DNA of 61,909 nucleotides, the filler included. It is 9 parts of 9 records of this genome, joined end to end, with 100 filler letters (N's around TTAATTAATTAA, not from the genome) between each part and the next. Parts side by side here need not be neighbours in the genome. Positions count along the whole stretch, not along the records: positions 8,443 to 17,110 come from SRR31147125_47155; positions 17,211 to 22,298 come from SRR31147125_47179; 7 more parts are not named here. One strand, given 5' to 3'. Shown in pieces: positions 8,967-20,964 of this stretch. The notes under the pieces are model-generated. The model was given only the letters and a program-made list of their open reading frames with translations, was not told where the DNA came from and did not search any database. Made by a program: the position numbers and the translations under genes. Numbering within the stretch: the stretch's first letter is position 1; the number at the start of each line of letters is the position of its first letter.

Positions 8967-11900
8967 ATGGATCATTCAATCAAATTTAAAGAGTTGCTTG
9001 AAAAATTTGTTGAACTCGATGACTGGCAGAGTGAGAACAAGGACGCAGTTATCCGGGGGGTGATCAATAGTCAGGCCCACCTGCGCACCCTGATCGAAAT
9101 CATCCCGGATCTTATCTGGCTCAAAGATCAAGACGGCGTCTTCCTAGCCTGCAACAAGAAATTCGAACGTCTGTACGGTGCCAAAGAGGAAGAAATCATA
9201 GGAAAAACCGACTACGATTTCGTTGAGCGGAGCCAGGCGGATTTTTTTGCAATAGAGACAGGCAGGCCATTGAAAAGGGAAGTCCGCTGGTATTCGAAGA
9301 GAGAGTCACCTTCCTGGACGACGGCCACGAAGAACTGCTCGAAACCATAAAAACACCGATGTATGATCCCAAGGGAAACCTTATCGGCACTCTGGGCATT
9401 TCCCGCGATATTACCGAAAGAAAACGCATTGAAGAGGCGCTGCAACTGAGTGAAGAACGGCTGCAGACCAGTCTGAAAATAGCCAATATCGGCGTCTGGG
9501 ACTGGAACGTTTCGGAAGATACCTGGTACGCCTCTCCTGTCTATTATACCATGCTGGGCTATGAACCGGTCTCAGGTCCCTCGGACAGAGAAAAATGGAT
9601 CGCACGGGTCCACCCTGAAGATCGGGAAATGGTCCTGAACAAAATTCACAGTATCCTGGACTTCAGAACCAAAGAATACCGGTATGAAGCCCGGATGAAG
9701 CATGCGGACGGAACCTACCGCTGGCATCTTGTCATCGGCCACGTGCTGAAACGGGATAAAGATGACAAGCCGGCTCATCTGCTCGGTCTCAGAATCGACA
9801 TTACTGAACGTAAGATAACCGAACTGGCTCTGGAAGCTCGGCAGCGGGAATTTGAGTTGCTTTACCGGTTGTCTGAAATCGAACTCAAGGAAATTTCCCT
9901 TAAAAAAATGCTGGATGCCATTGTCCGGGAACTCGCAAAAGCACTCGATTTTCAGACGATCTCAATCGCCTATTATCATCGTTCGGAGCAAGCGATTGAA
10001 ACCGCCGCAGTAACCGGACCGTCCAACGCTTTTGGAGAGATCGGTGCCAGAGTTCCTGCAGCCGGCACTTTGGAAGGCACGGTGGTCAGGACCGGGCAAC
10101 CCCAGATTGACGCCTCTCTATCAAAACGATCGGCACCGGTTTTCGACCGGCTGAACGCCATGGGATTTCAAACCGTTGCCGGCTTTCCTCTGTTCATGGG
10201 GGAAACCGTTATCGGCGTTCTGTCCATGGCAAGCCCCCAAAAGATGCGTATTGATCCTCTTATGATAAAAAACCTGGCCAATTTTATCGCCTCTCTCATT
10301 GGGCATAAACGGGCCACGGAAGAGCGCCTGCTCAACCACCGTCGTACCCGGATCCTGCTCCGGCTGGGTCAAATGACGGATGTCGGGCTGGGCGAGATCA
10401 CGGACTTCGCCCTGAAGGCAGCCGTTGACCTGACCCAGAGTAAAATAGGATATTTGGCCTTTCTCAATGAAGCAGAAACCATCCTTACCGTCTACTCCTG
10501 GTCAAAATCCGCCCTCAGAGATTGCAGGATCAGGGACAATCGCAAGCGGAAATATTCTGTTTCAGATACCGGTTTGTGGGGAGAAACGGTTCGACAGCGA
10601 CGACCGATCATCATCAATGATTATGCCGGGGACATCCCATGGAAAAAAGGGCTGCCCCAGGGACATATTCCCCTGCTGCGGCATATGGGCGTCCCGACCT
10701 TCAGCGGAGACAGGATCGTGGTTGTCGCCGGTGTGGCCAACAAGAAAGAGCCCTATACGGAAACGGACATCCAGCAGGTGTCACTGCTCATGCAGGGAAT
10801 GTGGCAACTTATCGAACGCAGACAGGCTGAAAAGGAACGGGAAAAACTTCAGGCCCAGTTGACCCAAGCCCAGAAAATGGAGGCGGTGGGCCGACTGGCC
10901 GGTGGAGTGGCTCACGATTTCAATAACATGCTGGGAGTCATCATCGGTCATACCGATTTGTTGCTGACCCAAACGGGACCGGACCAACCGATCTTTTCAG
11001 CCCTGAAAAATATCCGAAAGGCAGCGGACCGATCCGCGGACCTTACCCGCCAGCTTCTGGCCTTTGCCCGGAAACAGCCCATTGCCCCCAAGGTCCTGGA
11101 CTTGAATAGCGTGGTGGAGAGCATGCTCGAAATGCTCACGCGACTCATCGGCGAGGACATCCATTTAAGCTGGTTCCCGTCAAGCGGGCTCCATCCGGTT
11201 ATGATGGATCCGGGGCAGGTGGATCAGATTCTGGTCAACCTCTGCGTCAATGCCCGGGATGCCATCGAAGGGACGGGAAAGATTACCATCGAAAGCCGTA
11301 ACGTCCATTTCGATGACCGTTATTGCAGCGAGCACGCAGGGTTTGTTCCCGGTGTTTATGTCATGCTGGCTGTCAGCGACAATGGATCGGGGATGGATAA
11401 GGCCGTTCTCGACAATATCTTTGAACCGTTTTTCACCACCAAGCCCGACGACAAGGGAACCGGCCTGGGACTTGCCATGATCTACGGCATCGTCAAACAG
11501 AACAAGGGATTTATCAACGTCTACAGCGAATCCGGGCACGGTTCCTGTTTTAAGATCTTTCTGCCGCGACATACCGGCAAGGCAGTGGACTGGGAGGAGC
11601 AGGACAACGACGTCATCCCGGCTGGCCGGGGATCTGAAACCATCCTGGTGGTGGAGGATAATATTGACATTCTGAAAATCACCCAGGCCATGTTGGAAAA
11701 ACAGGGATACACAGTCATCATCGCATCCAGCCCCGCAGAATCGCTTAAGTTGGCAGACGAATATGCCGGCAGCATTGATCTGCTGCTCACCGATGTGATC
11801 ATGCCCCAAATGAACGGTCGAGACCTGGCAGAGACGATGACTTCACGTCATCCGGACCTCAAAGTTCTTTTCATGTCAGGTTATACGACCAACGTCATCG

Positions 11901-12010
11901 CCAATCACGGTGTCATGGACGAGGGCATCAACTTCATTCCAAAGCCGTTCTCGGTTAAGGGGTTGGCAGCCAAGGTCAGAGCGGTCCTCAAAGGCGAATT
12001 TCAGCAGTAA
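8967..12010 (+). CDS. Hybrid sensor histidine kinase (PAS-PAS-GAF-GAF-HisKA-HATPase-REC); split by a 1-nt deletion in the T7 run at 9242-9248
   Basis: Adding one base joins IPDLIWLKD...GKTDYDF...ADFF to [42 protein letters not shown] (one PAS domain). H-box [35 protein letters not shown]. Confidence 0.92.
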
Positions 12011-12089
12011 TAAACAACTGGAATCCGACTCCGGGCGGGGGATCGCGAAAGATTCCATCGGGTTTGCCGGGGGAGATAAATGGTTGACG

Positions 12090-14110
12090 TTAGATTCCCT
12101 TGTTCTGATTTTCAGTGTGAGAGTCTCGGCGATCGGGATGACCAAACCTTGAAGTGCGGGTGGTACCGAGAAGTCCCGTCAAAAAAAACGCGTTATCCGT
12201 AATGACGGCACTTAATATATCCATATTCCACAAAAATGCTCCGGATAGTGTCAGTGCGGCCGGAGTAACTGTAATGCCGAGAGATTTTTTCAGTTTTGTA
12301 TTCAACTCTTTGGAAATTTCAAACAGCTGAATCAGTTGGTTTAAACTTCCATCCATAAACACAACTTGGGCAATGTCCGTGGCCACGGTTGAAGCACCAT
12401 TTAAAGAAACGGCAACATCTGCCTTTTTCATGGCAATGGCATCGTTGATGCCGTCACCCACAAAACAAACGGTTTTGTTCCGATTTTGATAATCTTCCAC
12501 AATATCTGCTTTCTGTTCGGGAGTGATTTCGTAGAAGTATGAATCGACATGGAGGGAATGAGCCAACTTTTGTGTAGGATATTGGTGATCGCCGCTAATG
12601 ATACCGATTTCCTCAATGCCATATTGCCGAATGTTTGAAATGATACTTTCTGCTTCGGGTCGGATGACCGATTGAAAATCAATGGCGCCGACCAATCGGG
12701 TATCCAGAGCGATCATTGAAAACGATTTGCCTTCGGCATAGGAATTTTCCATAATAACCAATAACTCATTTGATATGGGAATCTTCTCCATTTCCATAAA
12801 GCGGGCACTTCCGACTCGAATTATTTTGTCGTTAAAATATACTTTTACTCCGAATCCCATAAAATATTCCGAATCCCCAATGTCCGGGAGTGAAATATCT
12901 GACTCATTGGTTTTGATCAGGATTGCCTTGGCAATGGGATGGGACTGTTTACACTCTGCAATGGCGGCCAACAGCAAAATATCGTTTTCACCATACTCGG
13001 AACAAGAGACAATTTGATCCACTTCCAGTCGTTCTTGGGTCAAGGTTCCGGTTTTATCGAAGAGAAGTACATCGATGTCATCAAGGTATTCAATGGCTCT
13101 TCCGTCTTTCACAAGAATGGAGTGATTGTATGCAAAGCGAAGATGGTTGAGAACGTGTAAAGACGAGATAACCCTGAGACTTTGCCCGAAACTGCTTCTA
13201 AGTACTGTGGTGGCCCCGATCGGGCCGAGTAGAGGCAGAGCCAGGGCTCCGGTCGTCAGAATGGGGCCGGAGGCCTGATCCGCCCATTTCTCTCCTTTGG
13301 ATTGAATACGGAACTTAAAATCCACAACATTGTTCAATGCATTGCCGATGTGGGAAATGGTGGTCTCTTTTCCTGTCTTTTCCACCCGAACAAAGAGTTT
13401 TCCCGTTAACACCAGGGTGGATGCATATACCTTCTCTCCCGACAGTTTTTCAACTGGTCTGGATTCCCCAGTGAGAATACATTGATCGACCATTGCCGTT
13501 CCCTCTATCACCTCTCCATCAATGGGAATGGTTTCATTGCTGTAAATCGCAATAACATCGCCGGCCTGGATTTCTGACAGGGGGAACTCGACTTCAACCT
13601 CATGTTTCAATAGCCATGCGGATCGCGGTTGATTTTCAAATAGGTCAAAAAGTTTCCGCCTTGAATGATCCCGTGTTTTTTCCTGAATTTTATCCCCAAT
13701 CCGATAGAGGCACATGCTTAAACTCAGCGGAAAATATTGTCCGGCCAGCACCCCTAACAACAGCGCGATGGAGATAAGAACGTCATTGCCCATTTTTTTC
13801 TCTTTGAATAGTAAATGGGCTGCGGACTTCGTCCGGGGATACGAGATGTAGGAATACAAACCAAGGGTCAGAGGACGCAGAGATGGAAAAAAATACTGAT
13901 TCGCCCCTGATACGAGCGTCGAGAGAATGCTCATGTCCAGGTAGTCCTGATTGCGAGCTTGAATTTCTGCTTGTGGAGATATCCCGGGAGTAGGGGGCTT
14001 GTGATGGGGGGCGCTCTTTTCTTCCCGTTTTTTATGTTGTCTTTTTTTCTTTTTTCAAGATATCGAAACCCGCAATGGAGGCAGGCTAATATTCCAACTT
14101 CAATGAGCAT
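12090..14110 (-). CDS. P1B-like heavy-metal P-type ATPase, atypical (no CPx motif); probable frameshift in the G6 run at 14006-14011
   Basis: LTGES, DKTGTLT, SHP, GDGINDA. RBS GGAG precedes ATG 14110 (MLIEVGILACL), which joins ORF 12090-13934 with one added base. Confidence 0.85.
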
Positions 14111-14397
14111 TATGTCTCCACGTTCCGGTTGAATTTCTTGACAATTAAGACCCGTGAATCCAACATGAGCTTTTTTTGCATGGTCCTTTGTCTGTTTTTC
14201 ATTATTTATCCCCATCACCCTTGACCATGTCGTAACGATCCATCCCAGCTGGATGGCCCACCTAAGTTCTCATAATTTTTTCAATCTGACAATATGGGAT
14301 TGATTGAGCGCATACGTTAAAATGAGCGGGATTGGAAAGATATTCCAATGGGAATTTAGAAATAGTGTAAATAAAAATGATTGGTAATGCAATGGAT

Positions 14398-14427
14398 TTG
14401 ACAGTGGAGAAAGAGGTACATTATAGT
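14398..14427 (+). promoter_or_regulatory. Putative sigma70 promoter of glgP
   Basis: TTGACA-18 bp-TATAGT, about 85 bp upstream of the ATG. Confidence 0.5.
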
Positions 14428-14510
14428 GATTTAAACAGAAATTTCAAAAGGGCCTGATCTGTTTACTCTGTGTCTGCCCTTTTTTCATTCATTTGGCTCA
14501 AGGGGGAATC

Positions 14511-16952
14511 ATGCCATATTTTGACTTTAGCGGCTTTGAAATCGCATTTCACAACCACATCAAATATGTGCTGGGAAAGAGGCCCCGTGAAGCCAGCCGT
14601 CTGGATTTAATCAACGCCGTCTCTGCGGCGGTGAGGCGCTACCTCATGGACATCAACTTCGAGACCGATGATCGTTATCAGCGCCGTGATGCCAAACGGC
14701 TCTATTATCTCTCCATGGAGTTTCTCATCGGCAGGCTTCTCTCCAATAATCTCATGAACTTAGGGATTTTCGATGCCTGCGCCGGATTTTTGAAAAAGCA
14801 GGGATATGACCTTGAAGCTCTTCTGGACGAGGAAAAGGATCCCTCCCTGGGCAACGGCGGCCTGGGGCGACTGGCCGCCTGTTATCTCGATTCCATGGCC
14901 AGCCTGGACATGCCGGGATTCGGATACGGCATCAACTACGATTACGGCCTGTTCAAACAGATCATCGTCAACGGCTACCAGCAGGAAAAGCCGGACTACT
15001 GGCCCAACCGGTCCTCCCCCTGGCTGATCCAGCGATCGGACCATAATTACTTGATCCCCATTTACGGAACCGTTGAAGACAGCAAAGATCGAAACGGGGA
15101 TTACAACCCCATGTGGAGGGACTGGGCTCTTTTGGAGGGCAGGCCCCATGATATTCTGGTGGCGGGCTACGGGGGAAGGACAGTGAACCGACTGAGGCTT
15201 TTTTCCGCCTGGGCATCCGAGGATTTTGACATCAAGATTTTCAATACCGGCGATTATGTCAAAGCGGTTCAACGAAAAATTCGAACCGAGACCGTGACAA
15301 AAATTCTATACCCCTCTGACTCAATAAAAATCGGAAAGGAACTCCGCCTGGTCCAGGAGTATTTCCTGGTGGCCTGTTCACTGAGAGATCTGGTACGGCA
15401 GTACCAGAGCACCACCGATGGGTTTGACCGGTTCCACCAAAAGGTGGCCATTCAGCTCAACGATACTCATCCGGCTCTGGCCGTGGCGGAGTTGATGCGG
15501 ATTTTAGTGGATGAAAACGCTCTGGACTGGGAATCCGCATGGAAGATTACGGTCAAAACCCTTGGGTTTACCAACCATACGCTGCTGCCGGAAGCATTGG
15601 AGAGCTGGCCGATCTCCATTGTTCAGCGGGTGGTGCCCCGGCATATGCAGATCATTTTTGAAATCAACCGGCGGTTTATCGCTGAAGTGGAAGCGCGGTT
15701 CGGTGAGGCGGCCGAAGCGATGATCCCGAAGATGTCCATCATTCAAGAGGGAGATGAAAAACAGGTACGGATGGCCAACCTCGCCATCATCGGCAGCCAT
15801 TCGGTCAACGGGGTGGCCAAACTACATTCGGAGTTGATTAAAACCCGGTTGGTCCCCGAATTTTATACCATGTGGCCGGAGCGATTCAACAACAAGACCA
15901 ACGGCGTCACCCCGAGACGATGGATCGTCAACTGCAACCCCGGCCTGACCCGGTTTATCTGCGATACCATCGGCCGAAGGTGGATTCGTGATCTGGAGCG
16001 GATATGGGAGCTGGAGGCATTCAAGGACGACCCCGGTTTTCTGGATCGGTTCATGGCGGTCAAGCAGGAAAACAAGATTTCTCTTTCCAGGCTGATCAAA
16101 GAAAAAGTGTATCACAGCGTCGATCCTCTCTCGATCTTTGATATCCAGGCCAAACGGATGCATGAATATAAACGACAGCTCTTGAACATCCTCCATATCA
16201 TTCATCTCTATCTCTCCGTAAAGGACGGGCAGGATATCGGCCATCCCCGTACCTTCATTTTTGCCGGTAAAGCCGCTCCGGGCTACCACATTGCCAAGTT
16301 GATCATCAAACTGATCCATGAGGTCGCCAGGGTCGTGAATCACGACCCCAATGTCGCCAAGGTGCTTCGGGTGATTTTTTTACCGGACTACAAGGTGAGT
16401 CTGGCTGAGAGGATCATCCCGGCTGCGGATGTGAGTGAGCAGATTTCCACGGCAGGCATGGAAGCCTCGGGAACCGGGAACATGAAGTTCGCCATGAACG
16501 GCGCCGTGACCATCGGCACCCTTGACGGTGCCAATATCGAGATCCGGGATCACGTGGGGGATGAGAATATCTACATTTTCGGTCTTACCGTGGATGAGGT
16601 GGACAAGGTTCGGTCCGGATACGATCCCAAGAAGTTCTATGATAAGGATCCAAGGCTTAAAAGAGTCATCAATGCCCTCAGGGCTCGCTGGCTCTGCAAG
16701 GAGGATCCCCATTTGTTTCAGCCCATTTTCAATCTTCTGCTGAACCAGGGCGATTACTATCTCCATCTGGCGGATTTCGCATCCTATTCCAAAGCCCATG
16801 AACAGATTGGAGCAGACTTCAATGAGACGGGAAAATGGGCGGAAAAAGCACTGATGAATGTCACTCGCACCGGGTTTTTTTCCAGTGATCGATCCATCCG
16901 TGAATATGCCGAAGATATTTGGGGCATCGACTCTTTTTCTGCGGATGAGTGA
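14511..16952 (+). CDS. glgP: Glycogen/starch/alpha-glucan phosphorylase
   Basis: LGNGGLGRLAAC, QLNDTHP, KRMHEYKRQLLN, PLP site EASGTGNMK, FFSSDRSIREY. Confidence 0.97.
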   Translation: MPYFDFSGFEIAFHNHIKYVLGKRPREASRLDLINAVSAAVRRYLMDINFETDDRYQRRDAKRLYYLSMEFLIGRLLSNNLMNLGIFDACAGFLKKQGYDLEALLDEEKDPSLGNGGLGRLAACYLDSMASLDMPGFGYGINYDYGLFKQIIVNGYQQEKPDYWPNRSSPWLIQRSDHNYLIPIYGTVEDSKDRNGDYNPMWRDWALLEGRPHDILVAGYGGRTVNRLRLFSAWASEDFDIKIFNTGDYVKAVQRKIRTETVTKILYPSDSIKIGKELRLVQEYFLVACSLRDLVRQYQSTTDGFDRFHQKVAIQLNDTHPALAVAELMRILVDENALDWESAWKITVKTLGFTNHTLLPEALESWPISIVQRVVPRHMQIIFEINRRFIAEVEARFGEAAEAMIPKMSIIQEGDEKQVRMANLAIIGSHSVNGVAKLHSELIKTRLVPEFYTMWPERFNNKTNGVTPRRWIVNCNPGLTRFICDTIGRRWIRDLERIWELEAFKDDPGFLDRFMAVKQENKISLSRLIKEKVYHSVDPLSIFDIQAKRMHEYKRQLLNILHIIHLYLSVKDGQDIGHPRTFIFAGKAAPGYHIAKLIIKLIHEVARVVNHDPNVAKVLRVIFLPDYKVSLAERIIPAADVSEQISTAGMEASGTGNMKFAMNGAVTIGTLDGANIEIRDHVGDENIYIFGLTVDEVDKVRSGYDPKKFYDKDPRLKRVINALRARWLCKEDPHLFQPIFNLLLNQGDYYLHLADFASYSKAHEQIGADFNETGKWAEKALMNVTRTGFFSSDRSIREYAEDIWGIDSFSADE

Positions 16953-17110
16953 TCAAGGTGAATGAACTCAAAGTCAGGGGGCAAAAGTGAATGAAGATAA
17001 AAATGACGGGACATCAATTTCAAAATCAGAAAAGAGTGACACTTTGTTTGCAATTGAATTAAAAAAAGTACCCATTGAATGGAATCTCTCAAAAGGGCGA
17101 CTCACTTTTT

Positions 17111-17210
17111 NNNNNNNNNNNNNNNNNNNNNNNNNNNNNNNNNNNNNNNNNNNNTTAATTAATTAANNNNNNNNNNNNNNNNNNNNNNNNNNNNNNNNNN
17201 NNNNNNNNNN
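17111..17210. other. Artificial contig spacer 2
   Basis: N44-TTAATTAATTAA-N44. Confidence 0.99.
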
Positions 17211-17429
17211 TTTTAGTAGCCCGATACCGCCAATGATTCCCGGTATGGATAAAATAAATATAAAAAGGCCGAGAACAGTTCCGACAATGGAGGTGATCGT
17301 GATAGCCTCCATATCACCTGAAAGGAGCCCGCCACCGACCACGGCAACAAAAACAATGGTGGCAGCCAGGATACCCATCAGCCCCAATCCGATATTTAGC
17401 GCGGCAACAAGTGTGATATGCTTTTCCAT
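17211..17429 (-). CDS. Small membrane protein, 3' truncated
   Basis: Two hydrophobic helices, IPGIIGGIGLLK; RBS AAGGA. Confidence 0.7.
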
Positions 17430-18055
17430 GATATGTCCTTTTTTGTTAGTTTGATTTTTTTATTTAACTATAAAAGTGGTTCAAAATGTGAGAACATGAG
17501 TGGGAAGCTGATTTTACCCTTTACTTTTCGTTCAAATAATAAAAGAAAAACTGGCGCAGCACAGGTGAATTAATATTTTGTACTAGAAGATTATTTAGAG
17601 AAAACATTTTAAAGGAAAGATCTTATACAAAGCAAAACAACAAGAGTGTGACCAATATGAAAAAATCATTACAGGCGGTTACCCTTGTATATTCTATCAT
17701 TTATAACAGTTAATTATTGAAAAAAATTCTTGTATTTAAACAGATGAATGTATTTATTGCACCAATTAGTATTGTACAGTGCAAATGATTTGTTATTCCA
17801 AAGGATGCAGACACGAAATTAAAGATATTCCACATTCATTCTACCAACAAAACACCAAAAAACAAGTAGATCATCGAAAATGTGTTGCCTGAGCAAAAAA
17901 AGGATTAAAATTAAGAAAAAAGCAGGCTATTTTCTACTAATGTTGTGTGCGAAAATTTTTCCCTTTCGCAGGATACTTTGTAAAATAATATGACTGCTGT
18001 AAAATAAAAGCACTATAGGCTTATCTGATTTGAATAATTATGGAGGATTATAATT

Positions 18056-20575
18056 TTGAAAATTATTTCTGTTTTTAAATTGTTATTTATAATCCTTTTA
18101 TCTCAGATAAATATTCTATATACTTCTTCACGTTTTGGTATCAAACGTAATACAACAGATAAAACCATCGAGATAAACGACGGAAACCAAAATCTTTCGC
18201 TTACCATATCATATCAAAATAAATGCATCATTAATCAAGTAAAAGTTCTAAACCATTCTGTGTTAGCGAATGGTAACGGTGTGGCGAGTGGGATTAAAAT
18301 AAATGATACGTGGGAAACAACATTATCTGGTATTGAATCTCCGATAGTCAAGATTCTTGATAATCAGGTTGTTATAAACAATATAAAATTTGGCTCCTCT
18401 GATAATGCGATACAGGAATCGTGGATGTTTCAACCTCACGCAGACTATATCGATTGGACTATTGAGCGGGTTTATCCCGGACGAATGACCCTGGAGGACA
18501 CTGGATTTCCAATGTGGTCTTTTGATACCATGGATACCTGGACAGGCGCTCTGCTGGGAACAGGCGGTGTGGCGTGGTGCAAATTATTTGATCATGTCGA
18601 CGCGTCCTATGGGAATCATACCGGAGATGTCACTTTCTGGAATAAGGAAAATAACACATGTCTTCGTATTGAACCAGTGGATCATATTGACCATCACGTC
18701 GCTATCCGCTTCACCCGACAACCTGAAGATCAGTGGACGCTTAATTATTCCGTTTCTGAAGAACGGCTGAACCCAAAGCATTTTCTCGCACGTTTTATTA
18801 TTGATCGTCAGGATATTTGGGCGCCATTTGACGCTCGAAAATCTGCACGGATTACCTATCGGTTATCTGCCTTTAAATATAATGAGGTTTTTGACAGAGG
18901 TGAATTTCCGGGATTAAATGGCGAATCCATTCATAATGTGCTCAATACAATTGCCCGGGTCGGCGTTATTGATGAAAACATTATGGGCTCGAATAATTGG
19001 CATATTGGAATGGGTTATGCTGTTTTGCACGAACAGTGGATAGCACAAATGGGCCTGGCAATAAACGATCCGAATTATTTGAAAAATTATCAGCAAACAC
19101 TGGACTATTACAGGGACAACGCTATCAATGCGGACGGGCGAGTAAAATCCCGTTGGGGGTACAGGATTTGGGATGCAAAACCAGGCACATTCCACAATGG
19201 ATTTTATGAAGCGCAGTGGGGAGACTTGCTGGATTCCAATACCGATTATGTGATTAATGTTGCAGAACTCTTTCAACTAAATGCTGATTTAGAGTGGTTA
19301 AAAACGCATAAAACACAATGTGAAAAAGCATTAGATTTTCTGATAAATCGCGATTCTAACCATAATGGTTTGGTAGAAATGAAAACCGACTCGTACAAGG
19401 AGAATAAGGGCAGTGACTGGATTGATGTCATCTGGGCGTCGTATGAGAACGCGTTTATCAATGCTAAACTGTATCAGGCACTCAAACTATGGGTAGATGT
19501 TGAGTTTCTTTTAGGTGATAATACCCGATCACGTTACTATCATCTTTTTGCTGAAAAGTTAAAACAAAGTTTTAATCGTCCAATTAAAAAAGGGGGCTTT
19601 TGGAATCCTGAAAAGCAATGGTATATTTACTGGCGCGATAAAGATAATTCTATTCATGGAGATAACCTTGTCACCCCTGTGAATTTTATGGCGATTGCTT
19701 ATGGCTTGTGTGATCGTGTCGAAATGCGTGACGCCATTCTTGGTCACATTGAAAAGCAGATGCAAAAAGAAGATCTTTTGATATGGCCGCTATGTTTTTA
19801 TCCTTACCAACATGATGAGGGATATAAAGTAAATTATCCGTTTCCAAACTATGAAAATGGTGATATCTTTTTGGCGTGGGGAGAAGTTGGAATTCGAGCT
19901 TATCAGGAGTATAATCCGGCAATACCGATAAAATATATAAAAAATGTACTGCAGCAGTATGAAAAAGATGGGCTCGCGTTTCAGAGGTATACACGAAAAG
20001 AGCAAAAAGGTGTTGGTGATGATATTTTAGCCAACAATTGCCTCCCTGTTGTTGGACTTTACAGGGATATTTACGGGATTCAACCGCAATATAACCGACT
20101 CTACCTGGATCCACATCTCACCGCAGAATTAAATGGGACAAAAGTGAAATATAATCTACGTGGTCAGGACTATCTTATTCAATTATCGGTTGGGAAATAT
20201 TCCGTTTCAGTAAATCACTTTACGGTCAAATCAGCATCCTCCTTTGGGATAAACAGCAGTGAAAATTCTGTGACATTCTATAATCAGGATAGCAAAACTC
20301 CATCTATGAAAATTCAACGAGACGTTGATACCGCGCTTTTAATGGAAATACAGGAATGGAATGGAAATGAAAACCGATCATGGACAATGCAATCATCAGA
20401 ACGCAACGTGTCATCTATGTGCTATATATGCGACCTAATACCGAATCATGCATATCAAATATATCAAAATGGTAAAAAATTGGTGGATGTTACAAGTGAT
20501 CCGACAGGAACAATTCACTTTCGTATCGAGGCTGGTTCTGAAAAAGCAGACGTTTTTAAAGTTTTGTTAAAATAA
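18056..20575 (+). CDS. Secreted glycoside hydrolase-like protein with a probable (alpha/alpha)6 catalytic domain
   Basis: Signal peptide, RDSNHNGLVE, SDWIDVIW, NAFINAKLYQAL, FWNPEKQWY, YENGDIF, IYGIQP; RBS GGAGG. Confidence 0.72.
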   Translation: MKIISVFKLLFIILLSQINILYTSSRFGIKRNTTDKTIEINDGNQNLSLTISYQNKCIINQVKVLNHSVLANGNGVASGIKINDTWETTLSGIESPIVKILDNQVVINNIKFGSSDNAIQESWMFQPHADYIDWTIERVYPGRMTLEDTGFPMWSFDTMDTWTGALLGTGGVAWCKLFDHVDASYGNHTGDVTFWNKENNTCLRIEPVDHIDHHVAIRFTRQPEDQWTLNYSVSEERLNPKHFLARFIIDRQDIWAPFDARKSARITYRLSAFKYNEVFDRGEFPGLNGESIHNVLNTIARVGVIDENIMGSNNWHIGMGYAVLHEQWIAQMGLAINDPNYLKNYQQTLDYYRDNAINADGRVKSRWGYRIWDAKPGTFHNGFYEAQWGDLLDSNTDYVINVAELFQLNADLEWLKTHKTQCEKALDFLINRDSNHNGLVEMKTDSYKENKGSDWIDVIWASYENAFINAKLYQALKLWVDVEFLLGDNTRSRYYHLFAEKLKQSFNRPIKKGGFWNPEKQWYIYWRDKDNSIHGDNLVTPVNFMAIAYGLCDRVEMRDAILGHIEKQMQKEDLLIWPLCFYPYQHDEGYKVNYPFPNYENGDIFLAWGEVGIRAYQEYNPAIPIKYIKNVLQQYEKDGLAFQRYTRKEQKGVGDDILANNCLPVVGLYRDIYGIQPQYNRLYLDPHLTAELNGTKVKYNLRGQDYLIQLSVGKYSVSVNHFTVKSASSFGINSSENSVTFYNQDSKTPSMKIQRDVDTALLMEIQEWNGNENRSWTMQSSERNVSSMCYICDLIPNHAYQIYQNGKKLVDVTSDPTGTIHFRIEAGSEKADVFKVLLK

Positions 20576-20964
20576 ATAATGTGCTCGTTGAAAAGTGGAG
20601 CCTGGCTGCCAATCCATTTTTGTGGAATGCTGTTTAAAAATCGAGTTACTTTTCTCATTTAAAAGTGCTTGAATTCATTTTATGCAATGCAGCAGCATAG
20701 GTTTTATGTCCAAAGATTATACTGTCTTGCGAGGTGCAGTAACCAAATGCAGGAATGGCTTAAAAATATCGGGATCAGATATAGATTGAATTTCCTATAA
20801 GGATACACCGCTTAAGGGAATCATCAAGGATAGTATGACGGTTGTTTCTATCAATTTTTATGATATGGGTCTAAGTGACGGAATACATTTTATCCCGGCA
20901 AATGGACAATGTGATTCCGCTTACAAGACTTGTTTTACAATAGTCATTATAGAAAGGAATAAAC

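Noticed and set aside
20576..20964. Possible small gene or cobalamin riboswitch between the GH and URO-D genes
   Set aside because: No convincing ORF with an RBS and no recognisable B12-box.
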